The notes below the pieces were generated by a model. It did no database searches, was not told the DNA's origin, and worked only from the letters and a program-made list of their open reading frames with translations. From Thermoprotei archaeon (GTDB lineage Archaea; Thermoproteota; Thermoprotei; Thermoproteales; B15-G16), in contig QMRC01000002.1 of the NCBI GenBank assembly GCA_003649205.1, forward strand, positions 192,001-256,000: a DNA stretch of 64,000 bases. The letters run 5' to 3'. Both the position numbers and the translations under genes were made by a program. Shown here piece by piece: positions 19,832 through 30,427 of the stretch (positions are counted from its first letter, which is position 1; each line of letters opens with the position of its first letter).

Positions 19832-19935
19832 TACATAAGTCCGGTAAAATAGAGCAAGATATTTTAAGGGATTGAGGTTAAGGGATAAGGGTTTATATAA
19901 GTTAATTAGTAGGTTAGTGTTGGGTTGGTGAGATT

Positions 19936-20985
19936 ATGACTAGGAGGAGAAGGAGTAGTACAGCAACAAGTACAACGGAGACGAGTACTGCAGTTACTGC
20001 AACTATTAGACCAACAACAGGGGCGGTCACCATAATGGAGATTGATGATAGCAAGTACCAGTTAGAGGACATTGACGGTGTTGGTAAGGTAACTGCCCAG
20101 AAGCTTAGAGATGCAGGTTATACAACTGTTAGAGACGTAGCATTTGCATCTGTGAGAGAGCTAGCTGAGGTCATTGGCTCAGAGGAGAGAGCTAAAACAA
20201 TAATCCTCAATGCACAGAGGTTGCTAGGTATAAAGCCATTTATGACAGCGCTGGAGTACTACCAGAGAAGGCAAGCAGTTAGGTACATCTCAACAGGATG
20301 TAGAGCGCTAGATGAACTTCTGGGAGGTGGTATTGAAACTAGAGCAATAACGGAGTTTGTAGGTGAGTTCGGTGCTGGTAAGACACAGATATGTCACCAG
20401 CTGTGTGTCATGGTTCAGTTACCACCTGAGAAGGGTGGGTTAGCAGGTAAGGCACTGTACATCGATACAGAGGGTACGTTTAGACCTGAGAGGATCATGC
20501 AGATCGCTAAGTACAGAGGCCTCGACCCTGAGGAGGCTCTAAAGAACATAATCTACGCTAGAGCATACAACAGCGATCACCAGATAATGATAGTTGATGA
20601 GGCTAAGAAGATCATTAGACAAGAGAACATTAGGTTGATAGTTGTAGACAGCTTGGTAGCACACTTCAGAGCTGAGTACCCAGGTAGAGAGAACCTAGCT
20701 GCTAGACAGCAAAAGTTAAATCAGCACATTAGCCAGTTATTGAAGATAGCCGATATATACAATGTAGCTGTGGTTGTAACGAATCAAGTTATTGCTCAAC
20801 CAGATGTGTTCTTTGGTAATCCACTAAAACCTGCAGGAGGTAACGTAGTAGCTCACGGATGTACATACAGGATATGGTTGAGAAAGGGTAAGGAGAACAT
20901 CAGAATAGCTAAGGTGTTCGATAGTCCATACCATCCAGAGAAGGAGGTTACCTTCAGAATAACTGAAGAGGGTATAGTAGACTAG
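19936..20985 (+). CDS. radA: DNA recombinase RadA
   Basis: HhH N-domain, GEFGAGKTQ, YIDTEGTFRPER and VVVTNQV; no intein. Confidence 0.97.
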   Translation: MTRRRRSSTATSTTETSTAVTATIRPTTGAVTIMEIDDSKYQLEDIDGVGKVTAQKLRDAGYTTVRDVAFASVRELAEVIGSEERAKTIILNAQRLLGIKPFMTALEYYQRRQAVRYISTGCRALDELLGGGIETRAITEFVGEFGAGKTQICHQLCVMVQLPPEKGGLAGKALYIDTEGTFRPERIMQIAKYRGLDPEEALKNIIYARAYNSDHQIMIVDEAKKIIRQENIRLIVVDSLVAHFRAEYPGRENLAARQQKLNQHISQLLKIADIYNVAVVVTNQVIAQPDVFFGNPLKPAGGNVVAHGCTYRIWLRKGKENIRIAKVFDSPYHPEKEVTFRITEEGIVD

Positions 20986-21063
20986 AACTAGACTAGCTAT
21001 TCAGCACCAATCTCGTCATTGCGCTTACTACTTGTGTAAAATTATTCATAGTTATTCCCGATG

Positions 21064-21113
21064 GTGATGAACCCACCCTTGACTGTACTCATGATGAAAC
21101 TGTCTCACACTGA
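21064..21113 (+). ncRNA. C/D-box sRNA, probable 23S peptidyl-transferase-centre guides
   Basis: GTGATGA-ACCCACCCTTGA-CTGT-ACTC-ATGATGA-AACTGTCTCACA-CTGA. Confidence 0.9.
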
Positions 21114-21201
21114 TTTCAATTAGCAATAGTTACCTTATGAAACTTATCTACACGCTAGACTTTAATTCAGCTCCTCTACAAACTATTTTCGGGACTACTA
21201 A

Positions 21202-21642
21202 ATGACTTCCCGTGATCTAGTGATATTTCGTAGTGTTGATGAGTTGGTACAGTACATTAACTCTAAAATTGAGGAAATTAGTAAGAAGGTTGAGGAATAC
21301 AGTAAATTAGCTGAAGAAGTCAAGTCATTTGCTGAGTACGCAAAGACTTTGAGAGAATTTCTTGAGAAAGCTCTCGGTAAGGAAGTTAAGTTCACAAGTG
21401 AGTTAGAGGTCATGGGATTTAGATTAGTTGTAGATGCGAGACCCATAGATGAGTATGAAGTTCTATCTGATGTACTAAACTCATTGACAGAGAGAATGAA
21501 GGTACTGATAAGGTTTAGAGAAGCTATTCTACCGCTCCTCGAAAAGCTGAGGGAGAGTGGTAGGAAGTTTCTTGTTTACTTAGTTCTCGAAAATGAGGTT
21601 CCAGTAAAGTTACTAATTAAGGAAACGGAGATTAGGACTTAG
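21202..21642 (+). CDS. Hypothetical coiled-coil protein
   Basis: 146 aa, helix-hairpin-helix layout; upstream of adkA. Confidence 0.7.
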   Translation: MTSRDLVIFRSVDELVQYINSKIEEISKKVEEYSKLAEEVKSFAEYAKTLREFLEKALGKEVKFTSELEVMGFRLVVDARPIDEYEVLSDVLNSLTERMKVLIRFREAILPLLEKLRESGRKFLVYLVLENEVPVKLLIKETEIRT

Positions 21643-21646
21643 ACTG

Positions 21647-22306
21647 GTGAGGAATAGCATGGTTCGAGTAGTTGTTCTAGCTGTTCCGGGGGGCGGAAAG
21701 TCTACAACGTTGCAATTACTTCAGAAACTAAGACCTGAAGTAAAGGTAGTTAATTTCGGAGATGTGATGTTTGAAGTAGCAAAGAGAGTCTATGGTGTAC
21801 GTGATAGGGATGAGATGAGAAAGAAATTAACGCTAAATGACTATAGGAGGCTTCAGGAGCTAGCAGCCGAAGAGATAGGAAGGATTAGTGGTGTAGTGCT
21901 GATTGATACTCATGCAGCTATAAAGACACCCTATGGTTACTACCCAGGCATTCCAGAGAGAGTTATTAAGTTAATGAAACCCGATGCTATAGTGCTTCTC
22001 GAGTTCGATCCTGAGATTGTTCTTGAGAGGAGATTGAAGGATTTGGAAAGAGGTAGTGAGGTAACTGAAGTAGGGACAATTAGGCAATTGAGGAAGAGGG
22101 ATATAGAGTCTCTAGATGATATTGAACAGCATCAAGAGATAGCTAAGTACTTTGCAGCCGCGGCATCCGTGATAGCAAGTTGCCCACTATACATAGTTAA
22201 CCTAAGAGGTGTTAAGCAGAATATGCCTTTTGATCATGCTCTCATAGCAGCTAAGCTACTTTCTGATCTGCTTACTCACCTCATGGGAGGTAGGGGGAAT
22301 GAGTAA
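21647..22306 (+). CDS. adkA: Archaeal adenylate kinase
   Basis: VPGGGKST, NFGDVM, RDEMRK, IDTH and GYYPG motifs. Confidence 0.9.
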   Translation: MRNSMVRVVVLAVPGGGKSTTLQLLQKLRPEVKVVNFGDVMFEVAKRVYGVRDRDEMRKKLTLNDYRRLQELAAEEIGRISGVVLIDTHAAIKTPYGYYPGIPERVIKLMKPDAIVLLEFDPEIVLERRLKDLERGSEVTEVGTIRQLRKRDIESLDDIEQHQEIAKYFAAAASVIASCPLYIVNLRGVKQNMPFDHALIAAKLLSDLLTHLMGGRGNE

Positions 22307-22538
22307 GTTAGTTGAGTCCTATATATTAATACTGGTTGAGACAGGTAAAGAGTATGAGGTAGCTGAAGAAATTAAGAGAATTAAAGGCGTTGAAGATGTG
22401 CTGATTACGTATGGCATTTACGATATCGTCGTGAAGGTGGAGACAGAAAGCTTAGAGAAGCTAAATGAAATAGTTACGAGAATAAGAAGGATTCCCGGTG
22501 TCCGACAGACAACAACACTTGTTGGTGTTGGCGTTTAA
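22299..22538 (+). CDS. Stand-alone Lrp/AsnC ligand-binding domain protein
   Basis: ITYGIYDIVVKV and IPGVRQTTT motifs. Confidence 0.88.
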   Translation: MSKLVESYILILVETGKEYEVAEEIKRIKGVEDVLITYGIYDIVVKVETESLEKLNEIVTRIRRIPGVRQTTTLVGVGV

Positions 22539-22734
22539 AATACTCCATTTTATGTATGTAAAGTACCCCAGTAGGGGTAACATTTAAAAGAATGAGTAAC
22601 CTCTTGACATGATGGTAGGATATGTTAGTAGGTTACATGTTATTTCCTTACATCTTTACAACAGTGAAAACAGTTAAATACTGATCACTTTGCCAACTTA
22701 TATCAAGAGATAGTTGTCATGTGGTCGATATAGT

Positions 22735-24108
22735 ATGAGTGGCGAGGGTCAAAATGTTGCAAAGAGAAGCGAGAAGAAGAGGAAGCGAGTAATAATAATG
22801 GGTGCTGGTGGTAGAGATTTTCACAACTTCAATGTATACTTCAGGAACAATCCTGAGTACGAGGTTGTTGCCTTTACGGCAGCGCAAATACCTGGAATAG
22901 AGGGAAGAGTTTACCCTCCCGAACTCGCTGGGCCACTGTACCCAAATGGAATACCAATATACTCGGAAGAGAAGCTACCTGAACTAGTTAGGAAGTATGA
23001 TGTCGATGAGGTAATACTGGCCTACTCAGACCTAACGTTTAAGGAGGTTATGGAAAAAGCTTCGCGAGTTCTAGCACTTGGTGCTGATTTCAAGTTGCTC
23101 GGTGTCAAGAGTACTATGCTCAAGTCTAGTAAACCGGTCATAGCTGTTTGCGCAACAAGAACAGGTGCTGGTAAGAGTACAACATCCAGAAAGATAATCA
23201 GGTACTTACTTGAGCTAGGTGTCAACCCTGTTGTCATACGACACCCAATGGCGTATGGTGATTTGAGGAAGAAGATCATTATGAGAATAACGGATTACTC
23301 AGATCTGGATCGCTATGGTTGTACTATTGAGGAGAGAGAAGAGTTTGAACAGTACATCGAGCTTGGTATTACAATCTATGCTGGTGTTGACTACGAGAAG
23401 GTACTGAAGGAAGCGGAGAAGGAAGGAGATGTGATTCTATGGGATGGCGGAAATAATGACTTCCCATTCATCGAGCCCGACCTCTGGATAACCGTTGTCG
23501 ATCCTCTAAGACCGGGCCAAGAAGTTGAGTCTTATCCAGGTGCTGTAAACGTCATACTTGCACATGTCATAGTTGTAAACAAGGTCAATACTGCTCCGAA
23601 GGAGAATATTAACAAGGTAATAGAAAATGTACGAAGGGTAAATCCAGGAGCGAAGATAGTACTTGCTGAGTCAAGGATAATTGTTGATCATCCAGAACTG
23701 ATTAAAGGTAAGAGAGTAGTTGTAGTAGAGGACTTTCCCTCAGTAACACATGGTTGTCTAAGCTATGGTGCTGGCTACATAGCCGCTACCCAGTACGGTG
23801 CCGCAGAAGTAGTTGACCCCAAACCATACGCTACAGGTCTTCTAAAGAAAATCTACGAGCAATATCCTCAGATGGGACCTGTAGTCCCATCACTAGGTTA
23901 CGGTGAAGAGCATATGAGAGAATTGGAAGAACTACTGAATAGAATTCCCTGTGACACAATAATCCTAGGTACTCCCTCAAACATAGCCAGGTACCTAAAA
24001 CTCAATAAACCTGTAGTTAGAGTCAAGTGCGAATTACATGAGTTGAGCGAACCAACATTGAGAGCAATAATTGAGGACTTCATTAGTAAAGTACGGAGAA
24101 ATTCTTAA
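22735..24108 (+). CDS. COG2403 P-loop protein (cyclic 2,3-diphosphoglycerate synthetase-like)
   Basis: GAGGRDFHNFN, RTGAGKS, RHPMAYG, TIEEREE and WDGGNND motifs. Confidence 0.8.
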   Translation: MSGEGQNVAKRSEKKRKRVIIMGAGGRDFHNFNVYFRNNPEYEVVAFTAAQIPGIEGRVYPPELAGPLYPNGIPIYSEEKLPELVRKYDVDEVILAYSDLTFKEVMEKASRVLALGADFKLLGVKSTMLKSSKPVIAVCATRTGAGKSTTSRKIIRYLLELGVNPVVIRHPMAYGDLRKKIIMRITDYSDLDRYGCTIEEREEFEQYIELGITIYAGVDYEKVLKEAEKEGDVILWDGGNNDFPFIEPDLWITVVDPLRPGQEVESYPGAVNVILAHVIVVNKVNTAPKENINKVIENVRRVNPGAKIVLAESRIIVDHPELIKGKRVVVVEDFPSVTHGCLSYGAGYIAATQYGAAEVVDPKPYATGLLKKIYEQYPQMGPVVPSLGYGEEHMRELEELLNRIPCDTIILGTPSNIARYLKLNKPVVRVKCELHELSEPTLRAIIEDFISKVRRNS

Positions 24109-24117
24109 GTTAAGTTC

Positions 24118-25539
24118 GTGGTCTTCTCTAGGTACCAGATGTTTACGACATTTCATGAACTAGCAGATTGTGTAGAGGATGCTGTATGGCGTTTAAAGGG
24201 GAGAACTCTTGCTGTTTTCTTCAATCTCTGTCTAGATTCAATACATAGAGTTTCAGAGGATACCCTACGTAATTTAGAGCTGAGTTCTATTGAAAATAGA
24301 TGTGGTAGTGTAGATGAGGTTGTGTCTACAGCGCATGAAGTAGTTAAGCGAGGTGTTGTGGAGTCGCTAACGGATATCACATACTGCCTCCTTTACTCTA
24401 TTGTGTTGGGTAGGAGTTTCGAAGTTATCTTACCGGATCCAACTATGAGTAAAATGCTGAGTGAGAAAGTGAGTAACTATACACTTTCTCTAGGTGGTGT
24501 ATGCGGATTAGCATCTCTCACCCTACCTAGGCTCGGTTGTAGAGTAATTCTACCAGTAACAACTCCTAATCCTACGGTAGTGAACTATTTGAAACATAGT
24601 AGCTTAGTTGAAGTTCTCTACTATGAGGATATACTCCATACAGTAGCTAGTGAAGTTGCTCCGTACTTTCTACATTGGGTCTTTGAGATAGAGACAGGTC
24701 TCAAGGTGAGGTTTAAATCATCAATAATAGTGAGTAGAGAATGCTGTAGGTTTATTGCGTCATGTGATTACATGACACTTAATTTTCCACTAAATGTGGT
24801 GAGCAAATTTGTGAATTACCTCTTTGAAAGACGGGGCCTCGACGCTACCGTTGTTTCTGGATTTCAAGTACTTAATAGAGCACTCGATCCAGAGGTCATG
24901 AGTAAGCTACGTACTCTACTCAAGCTAATTACTGATTTCTCTCACTCATCTAGATCACATATACATATTGAGCTAGCTTACTGTAGCGACTTCGAGGTGC
25001 TTAAGTATGTAGTGAAAGCATTACCAGATATCGTGTGTGGTATCGGATTTAATGAAGAGGAGTTATCTGAGGTAGCTAAGTGTATCGGACTCAATTATGG
25101 TCAGGACTTCACTACAATGCTGATTGATGTTGCAAGTTCTTTTCTCGAGGGTAACGTACTATATGTCACGGTTCACTCACCACACTTTGTGATTTCGGTA
25201 TCGAGGAGTAAAGAACTAGCTAAATACCTCACTACAGCGGCGGCAGTAGGTAACTTCGGAGTTGCTCTCCTCAATAAACCTGGTAACCCAAGTGAAGTTC
25301 TTACCTATTGTTATAACAAGGGTTCTTACTATATCGAGAAGTTGCGCAGTGTAGTTGAAGGTCTACGTAGATTAGGTTTCTCGCACATAGGCTCCGGTAT
25401 CTGGGTAAAGGGAGACACCTACGTATCTACGTACCTCTGCATGAATGTACCACTTGGAAGAAGTGTTGGTAGAGGTGATACATTTGCCGTCTTTGAGGCA
25501 ATTGCTTTAAGTGAGCTACTGCATGGAAGTCGTAGGTGA
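24118..25539 (+). CDS. Divergent ADP-dependent glucokinase/phosphofructokinase-family protein
   Basis: FNxxLD, HWVFE, RFIA, VVSGFQ, IHIELA, NEEEL and SVGRGDTF motifs. Confidence 0.7.
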   Translation: MVFSRYQMFTTFHELADCVEDAVWRLKGRTLAVFFNLCLDSIHRVSEDTLRNLELSSIENRCGSVDEVVSTAHEVVKRGVVESLTDITYCLLYSIVLGRSFEVILPDPTMSKMLSEKVSNYTLSLGGVCGLASLTLPRLGCRVILPVTTPNPTVVNYLKHSSLVEVLYYEDILHTVASEVAPYFLHWVFEIETGLKVRFKSSIIVSRECCRFIASCDYMTLNFPLNVVSKFVNYLFERRGLDATVVSGFQVLNRALDPEVMSKLRTLLKLITDFSHSSRSHIHIELAYCSDFEVLKYVVKALPDIVCGIGFNEEELSEVAKCIGLNYGQDFTTMLIDVASSFLEGNVLYVTVHSPHFVISVSRSKELAKYLTTAAAVGNFGVALLNKPGNPSEVLTYCYNKGSYYIEKLRSVVEGLRRLGFSHIGSGIWVKGDTYVSTYLCMNVPLGRSVGRGDTFAVFEAIALSELLHGSRR

Positions 25540-25584
25540 TGAGTGGGACCTGCACAGATCGATGACGAAGTTTAACTTCTCTGA
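25536..25584 (+). ncRNA. C/D-box sRNA
   Basis: GTGATGA-GTGGGACCTGCA-CAGA-TCG-ATGACGA-AGTTTAACTTCT-CTGA; box C contains the upstream stop codon. Confidence 0.88.
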
Positions 25585-25630
25585 TTACGTTGTAGGTATG
25601 TTAGGGGAATTGAGGTAGTAAATGATATAG

Positions 25631-26941
25631 CTACTTGATCTTACGTAGTTTAGCAATGAAGAAGCCTGTTGTATCATGGATATGTGGGTAGAGTCTCTGT
25701 GCTGTACTTAGTCCATAGAGACCTGGTAGTCCAATTTTAGGCTCTGCCTCTACCAATTCCACATCATCTCTACTCTCGAGGATCTCTTTGAGTAACACTT
25801 CGTTTTCCTCCAGCGTGAAGGTACAGGTTGAGTATACGAGAACTCCACCAGTTTTCAGTAACTCGATACCTCTCAGCAGTAACTGCATCTGCATCTCACG
25901 ATGTTTCCTCACAATATCTGGAGTTATCCATAACCTAATCTCAGGACTATGCCCTAGCTTACCCAAACTACTACAATCCGGATCAACCAATACGTAATCG
26001 AATTTCCTCCTAAAGCTGATATATCGTGAATCACAGAGAATTGGTAATATACCATGTGAAACACCCAATCTCTCACTTACATTTCGAAGTGCCTGTAGTC
26101 TCTTTCGTGACCAATCTAGCGACAATAATGTACAGCGACATCGAGTTATCTGTGCTATGTGTGTACTCTTACCTCCAGGTGCAGCACAGAGATCAACTAC
26201 GTAGGACTTTCTCTTAGGTGATAGTACGTGAGTAACGAGTGCAGAGGCTTTATCCTGTATGTGGAAATATCCCCTGTGATACTCAGGTACATGGCTGAGA
26301 TTTATACCGTATTTAACCACACGGAGAACATCAGGTAGATCAGGGTCCTCAATCGTCTCTACACCTCTCTTAGCTAGTAACCTCATCAATCTCCTCCTAC
26401 TTACCTTAGTGGTATTAACTCTGATCCATAGCGTAGCTGGTTCATTGAACCTAGCTAGCAACCTCTCACACTCAGCATCACCAAGGAGATTGAGTAAGTA
26501 CTTCACAACCCATGTAGGTTGAGAGTACTTAATACTGAGCCTCTCAACCACATCACCTATTCTAGAGATCATCGAATTCACATCAACATCACGTACCTTG
26601 AGCAGATCTCTCAATTTAATCCCGATCTTACTTAGGTAAGGTAAAACCCTCGATACTCTACTTACATCGACATTACGAAAGAGTACTTCGTAAATTGTTG
26701 CTCTAAGTATATTCCTCAGTAATACGCCACCTACCCTCTCTACACCAAGGACATTAGAAGCTATGTAGTCAAGTAGCTTAAAGTTTCTCAATACAGCTAG
26801 AGCAAAGGCTCTGACTACACCCTTTATGACACTGAGTTCTCGGTACCTACTGAAGTAATCCTCCATCACACCACGGAGAGATAACTTACGTAACTCGACT
26901 TCAGTAATTACCTCAGCAACTACAACTTCTATAGGCTTCAT
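25631..26941 (-). CDS. RsmB/NOP2 family RNA m5C methyltransferase
   Basis: IQDKAS, DLCAAPGGKS, VDPDCS, LVYSTCT and GFFIAKL motifs. Confidence 0.92.
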   Translation of the reverse strand: MKPIEVVVAEVITEVELRKLSLRGVMEDYFSRYRELSVIKGVVRAFALAVLRNFKLLDYIASNVLGVERVGGVLLRNILRATIYEVLFRNVDVSRVSRVLPYLSKIGIKLRDLLKVRDVDVNSMISRIGDVVERLSIKYSQPTWVVKYLLNLLGDAECERLLARFNEPATLWIRVNTTKVSRRRLMRLLAKRGVETIEDPDLPDVLRVVKYGINLSHVPEYHRGYFHIQDKASALVTHVLSPKRKSYVVDLCAAPGGKSTHIAQITRCRCTLLSLDWSRKRLQALRNVSERLGVSHGILPILCDSRYISFRRKFDYVLVDPDCSSLGKLGHSPEIRLWITPDIVRKHREMQMQLLLRGIELLKTGGVLVYSTCTFTLEENEVLLKEILESRDDVELVEAEPKIGLPGLYGLSTAQRLYPHIHDTTGFFIAKLRKIK

Positions 26942-26989
26942 GCGCTACACAACAAGGTATTTGTGTAGGGTATTGATAAAGTGTATGTG

Positions 26990-27038
26990 GTGATGAGGAC
27001 GCCCTTTACAGATCGATGAAGAGGGCCTTAATCACTGA
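26990..27038 (+). ncRNA. C/D-box sRNA
   Basis: GTGATGA-GGACGCCCTTTA-CAGA-TCG-ATGAAGA-GGGCCTTAATCA-CTGA. Confidence 0.88.
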
Positions 27039-27041
27039 TCT

Positions 27042-27869
27042 TCATTTACGACCTTCAACCCTCTGTATTACCTTATCAGCAATTTCCATGAGTCGCTTAG
27101 TAACTATAGCGTCTGGGTACTTGAGTAAAATTGGTACTCCTTCATCCATACACTCTACAACTCTCGGATCCAGTGGTATGGAGCCGAGGAACTCAAGGTT
27201 AAACTCTTTAGCAAGGGATTCTCCATCACTACCAAATACCTTGTATACAGTACCACACCTTGGACACACGAACTCACTCATATTCTCAACTATACCGATC
27301 ACGGGTATATTTAGTATTTGACAGAATCTTACCGCTTTACCAACAACCTCTTTCGACAACTTACTTGGAATCGTTACAACAATTGCACCTACATAGTCTA
27401 AGAACTGTGCTATGGTGAGTGGTTCATCACCAGTACCTGGTGGTAAATCAACGAGTAAGTAGTCTAACTTACCCCAATTTACCCTTGTCAACAACTCAAG
27501 TAGAGCTCTAGTCTTGAGAGGACCTCTCCAAATTACTGGAGATGAGGAGTCTCTCAACATGAAGCTTATAGAAACAACCTTCACATTCTTAGGTCCTGTA
27601 ACTGGAACTATGTATCCATCACTACCTAAACTCAATACCTTACCCTCAACACCTAGTGTCTTAGGTATAGAAGGACCGTGGAAATCAGCGTCCAACACCC
27701 CAACTAACCTACCCTTCAGAGCTAGAGCTACAGCCAACGTAGCTGTGAGAAAGCTCTTTCCCACACCACCCTTACCACTAACAACAGCTATGCGATACCT
27801 AACGTCCCTTAATCTCTCCCTAATCTTACCCTTTATCTCCTCAGGAGAGAATACTTGAGTACCAGACAT
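27042..27869 (-). CDS. Mrp/NBP35 Fe-S cluster carrier ATPase
   Basis: SGKGGVGKS, DADFHGPS, DLPPGTGD and ENMSxxxCPxC motifs. Confidence 0.93.
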   Translation of the reverse strand: MSGTQVFSPEEIKGKIRERLRDVRYRIAVVSGKGGVGKSFLTATLAVALALKGRLVGVLDADFHGPSIPKTLGVEGKVLSLGSDGYIVPVTGPKNVKVVSISFMLRDSSSPVIWRGPLKTRALLELLTRVNWGKLDYLLVDLPPGTGDEPLTIAQFLDYVGAIVVTIPSKLSKEVVGKAVRFCQILNIPVIGIVENMSEFVCPRCGTVYKVFGSDGESLAKEFNLEFLGSIPLDPRVVECMDEGVPILLKYPDAIVTKRLMEIADKVIQRVEGRK

Positions 27870-27932
27870 GAAATCACCACAATTTTCGTGCTATAACACA
27901 GAAATAAATAAAGTAAATCTCTTGAGTTCAAA

Positions 27933-28643
27933 CTACTCAGCAAGCTCATAGATCCTCTTCTTCCTCTCATACTCATCCCTCGAGCAAATTCTCCTAGCTG
28001 GTACACCAGCAACCACGGTGTATGGTTCTACATCTCTAGTAACTACGGAACCTGCACCAACAACACTATACTCTCCAATCCTAACACCAGCAATCAACAC
28101 AGCACCCGCACCAATGACAGCCCCCTCCCCTATCTCGACACCTACAAGTCTCTTACTAGGTGGGTACCTATCATTGGTTACGACCACATAAGGACCTATG
28201 AACACACTATTCCCAATAATCGTCTTTGGTGGTAAGTACACACCTGTCTGAATCCTAGCATTTTCACCAATTCTCACATACCCATCTATGACGGTATACG
28301 AGCCAACTAAAGTACGTGAACCAATGATAGTACCCTCTCTAATGATTACCCCATGACCGGTCTCAACAAAATCACCAATCATAACACCTTCATAAACAAC
28401 GGTCCCCCTTCTCAAGATAACTCCTCTACCAATCCTCGCACCAGAACTAACTTCATCTAGGATACTGTACTCAAGCTCAGATCTGGATCTTAGATCGAGT
28501 AATCGAGCTCTCGTAGGATAACCAACAATAGTAAAGTCATCGAGTAAGGTATAGTCACCAACCTCACTAGGACCAAGCACAGTAGCAGTACCAAGTAACT
28601 TAACTCCCTTCCCGATCTTAGACCGTGGAGAAATCCAGACCAT
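27933..28643 (-). CDS. Hexapeptide-repeat acetyltransferase
   Basis: Left-handed beta-helix repeats, TNDRYP, VVAGVPAR. Confidence 0.88.
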   Translation of the reverse strand: MVWISPRSKIGKGVKLLGTATVLGPSEVGDYTLLDDFTIVGYPTRARLLDLRSRSELEYSILDEVSSGARIGRGVILRRGTVVYEGVMIGDFVETGHGVIIREGTIIGSRTLVGSYTVIDGYVRIGENARIQTGVYLPPKTIIGNSVFIGPYVVVTNDRYPPSKRLVGVEIGEGAVIGAGAVLIAGVRIGEYSVVGAGSVVTRDVEPYTVVAGVPARRICSRDEYERKKRIYELAE

Positions 28644-28666
28644 AGGAGTACCCTAGGGTAGGGTAG

Positions 28667-30376
28667 CTATTTAACTTCAACTCCTAACTTCACTAAACGA
28701 GAGAGTAGTTCCCGTTGAAACCTCTCAACTAGGTAATCAAGGTACTTAGCTACGTAGTGTAGATGATGTAGAGCAACATCACGAGATCTCGAAGCTAGTT
28801 GCTTAACAACGTCTATACTAGGTACATCAACCAGAATCTCCTCACTACCAGGGACAACAACCCTACTCCTTAACTTATTCAGTTTCTCTACACTGAATTC
28901 AGCTAGCAACTCTCTAACCTCAGACCTCAGAGAACCAGTAATGACCTCTGGTACTAAGTCGCAGTATATTTTATCAAAGTCTTTACCATACACACCGTAG
29001 TAATATGGCTTGAGGAACTCACGATATATGAGTTTCAGTACGTATAGTGAAGGTATACGTAGCTCAATTTCTAGATCAAGTACCTTAAGCCTCCTTCTCA
29101 AGTACTCCTCAACGCTCTTCACACTAGGTACGTAGTCCGTACTCATCTCGTTGATAAAGTCAGCAACAACTCTAAGTAGGTGAACTAAATCACCATCAGA
29201 CATGAGCTCTTCAGTATCGTAGTTCGTGTGGTAAAACTTCATCAAGGCATCTAGTGAGCTAACTGTCACACCACCGATACCCACGACATGTAGATTTAAG
29301 GAGTCGTAGTATATTGAGGGAGGAAGCACTTCATATCTCAACCAATCGTACCTACTAAGTACCTTACCCACAAGTGGTTGGTAGTCAGGTGTCACGTAGA
29401 ACTCGAGAGGTTGTGTCACAAAGGCATCAATGCAGAGAACTCCAATACACTTACTCACTAACTCACCTACGTGCCTATGCACGTAAACGTATGAACCGTA
29501 TATCCAGTACCAAGGAGCAAATCTAGGCCTCCCAAGCTCCTCAGCAGTAAAGGACACCACCTTAATACTCCTCCTAGGTGTGTACCTGCTCTTGACGAGC
29601 TTCTTCACAAGCCAAAGCAATGTAGCTAGACCAACAACATTGTCACAGTACCCAGTAAACCAGTGATCGTGGTGAGCACATACCAAGATCTCTTCACTCT
29701 CTACCCTACCACCGATATCCACAACAATATTGTACCCAATGCCATGCTTAACCTCAACCGAGGTATCGATACGCATTTTCACACTTGAACCAGACCTAAG
29801 CCTCTCAACCAACTTCAACCCCCATATCTTTGGAACAACAACTACCGGTACCGGTGGAGCTTCACCTACAGCGAAGTTGTAGTCCTTACTATACGTCACA
29901 ACAATACGCCTAAAACCATCATCTAGGTACGGCTCAATGACTACGAAAGCTATGGCTCCTGCGTTGACAGCAGCTATGTACTGGTACTTAAGATCATCTA
30001 GGTCATGTGTTGACCAATCACTCACAACAATCTTACCACAGACATCTAGATCACTATACTCACTCTCCCTCAACCTAGTACCGACATACACACACCTACC
30101 CTCGACAACAGCATTTGGTGATAGAGGAATAGCACGAGCAGGTACCCTAGTTCCATCATCGAGAACAACTTCACACCCTCTCTCCAACCATGTAAGACAC
30201 TCAACAGGTTCCAACCTGAAGCTGATACCTAATTCATCGAGATACGACGCAACTAGCTCAATGATATCGTACTCACTACGAGAACCAGCAACTACCTCAC
30301 CTACAGAACACAGAGCCCTCGCTAGTGAGCGAACTTCACGTACATCACGTACATCGACAGACAGTACGGAACTCAA
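28667..30376 (-). CDS. M28 family peptidase with PA domain
   Basis: CAHHDH, DNVVG, FTAEELG and YHTNYD motifs. Confidence 0.85.
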   Translation of the reverse strand: MSSVLSVDVRDVREVRSLARALCSVGEVVAGSRSEYDIIELVASYLDELGISFRLEPVECLTWLERGCEVVLDDGTRVPARAIPLSPNAVVEGRCVYVGTRLRESEYSDLDVCGKIVVSDWSTHDLDDLKYQYIAAVNAGAIAFVVIEPYLDDGFRRIVVTYSKDYNFAVGEAPPVPVVVVPKIWGLKLVERLRSGSSVKMRIDTSVEVKHGIGYNIVVDIGGRVESEEILVCAHHDHWFTGYCDNVVGLATLLWLVKKLVKSRYTPRRSIKVVSFTAEELGRPRFAPWYWIYGSYVYVHRHVGELVSKCIGVLCIDAFVTQPLEFYVTPDYQPLVGKVLSRYDWLRYEVLPPSIYYDSLNLHVVGIGGVTVSSLDALMKFYHTNYDTEELMSDGDLVHLLRVVADFINEMSTDYVPSVKSVEEYLRRRLKVLDLEIELRIPSLYVLKLIYREFLKPYYYGVYGKDFDKIYCDLVPEVITGSLRSEVRELLAEFSVEKLNKLRSRVVVPGSEEILVDVPSIDVVKQLASRSRDVALHHLHYVAKYLDYLVERFQRELLSRLVKLGVEVK

Positions 30377-30427
30377 GTACTCACCTCACTGAGCACTTGA
30401 GGTAAAGCTTTAAGAACTTAACCATGT

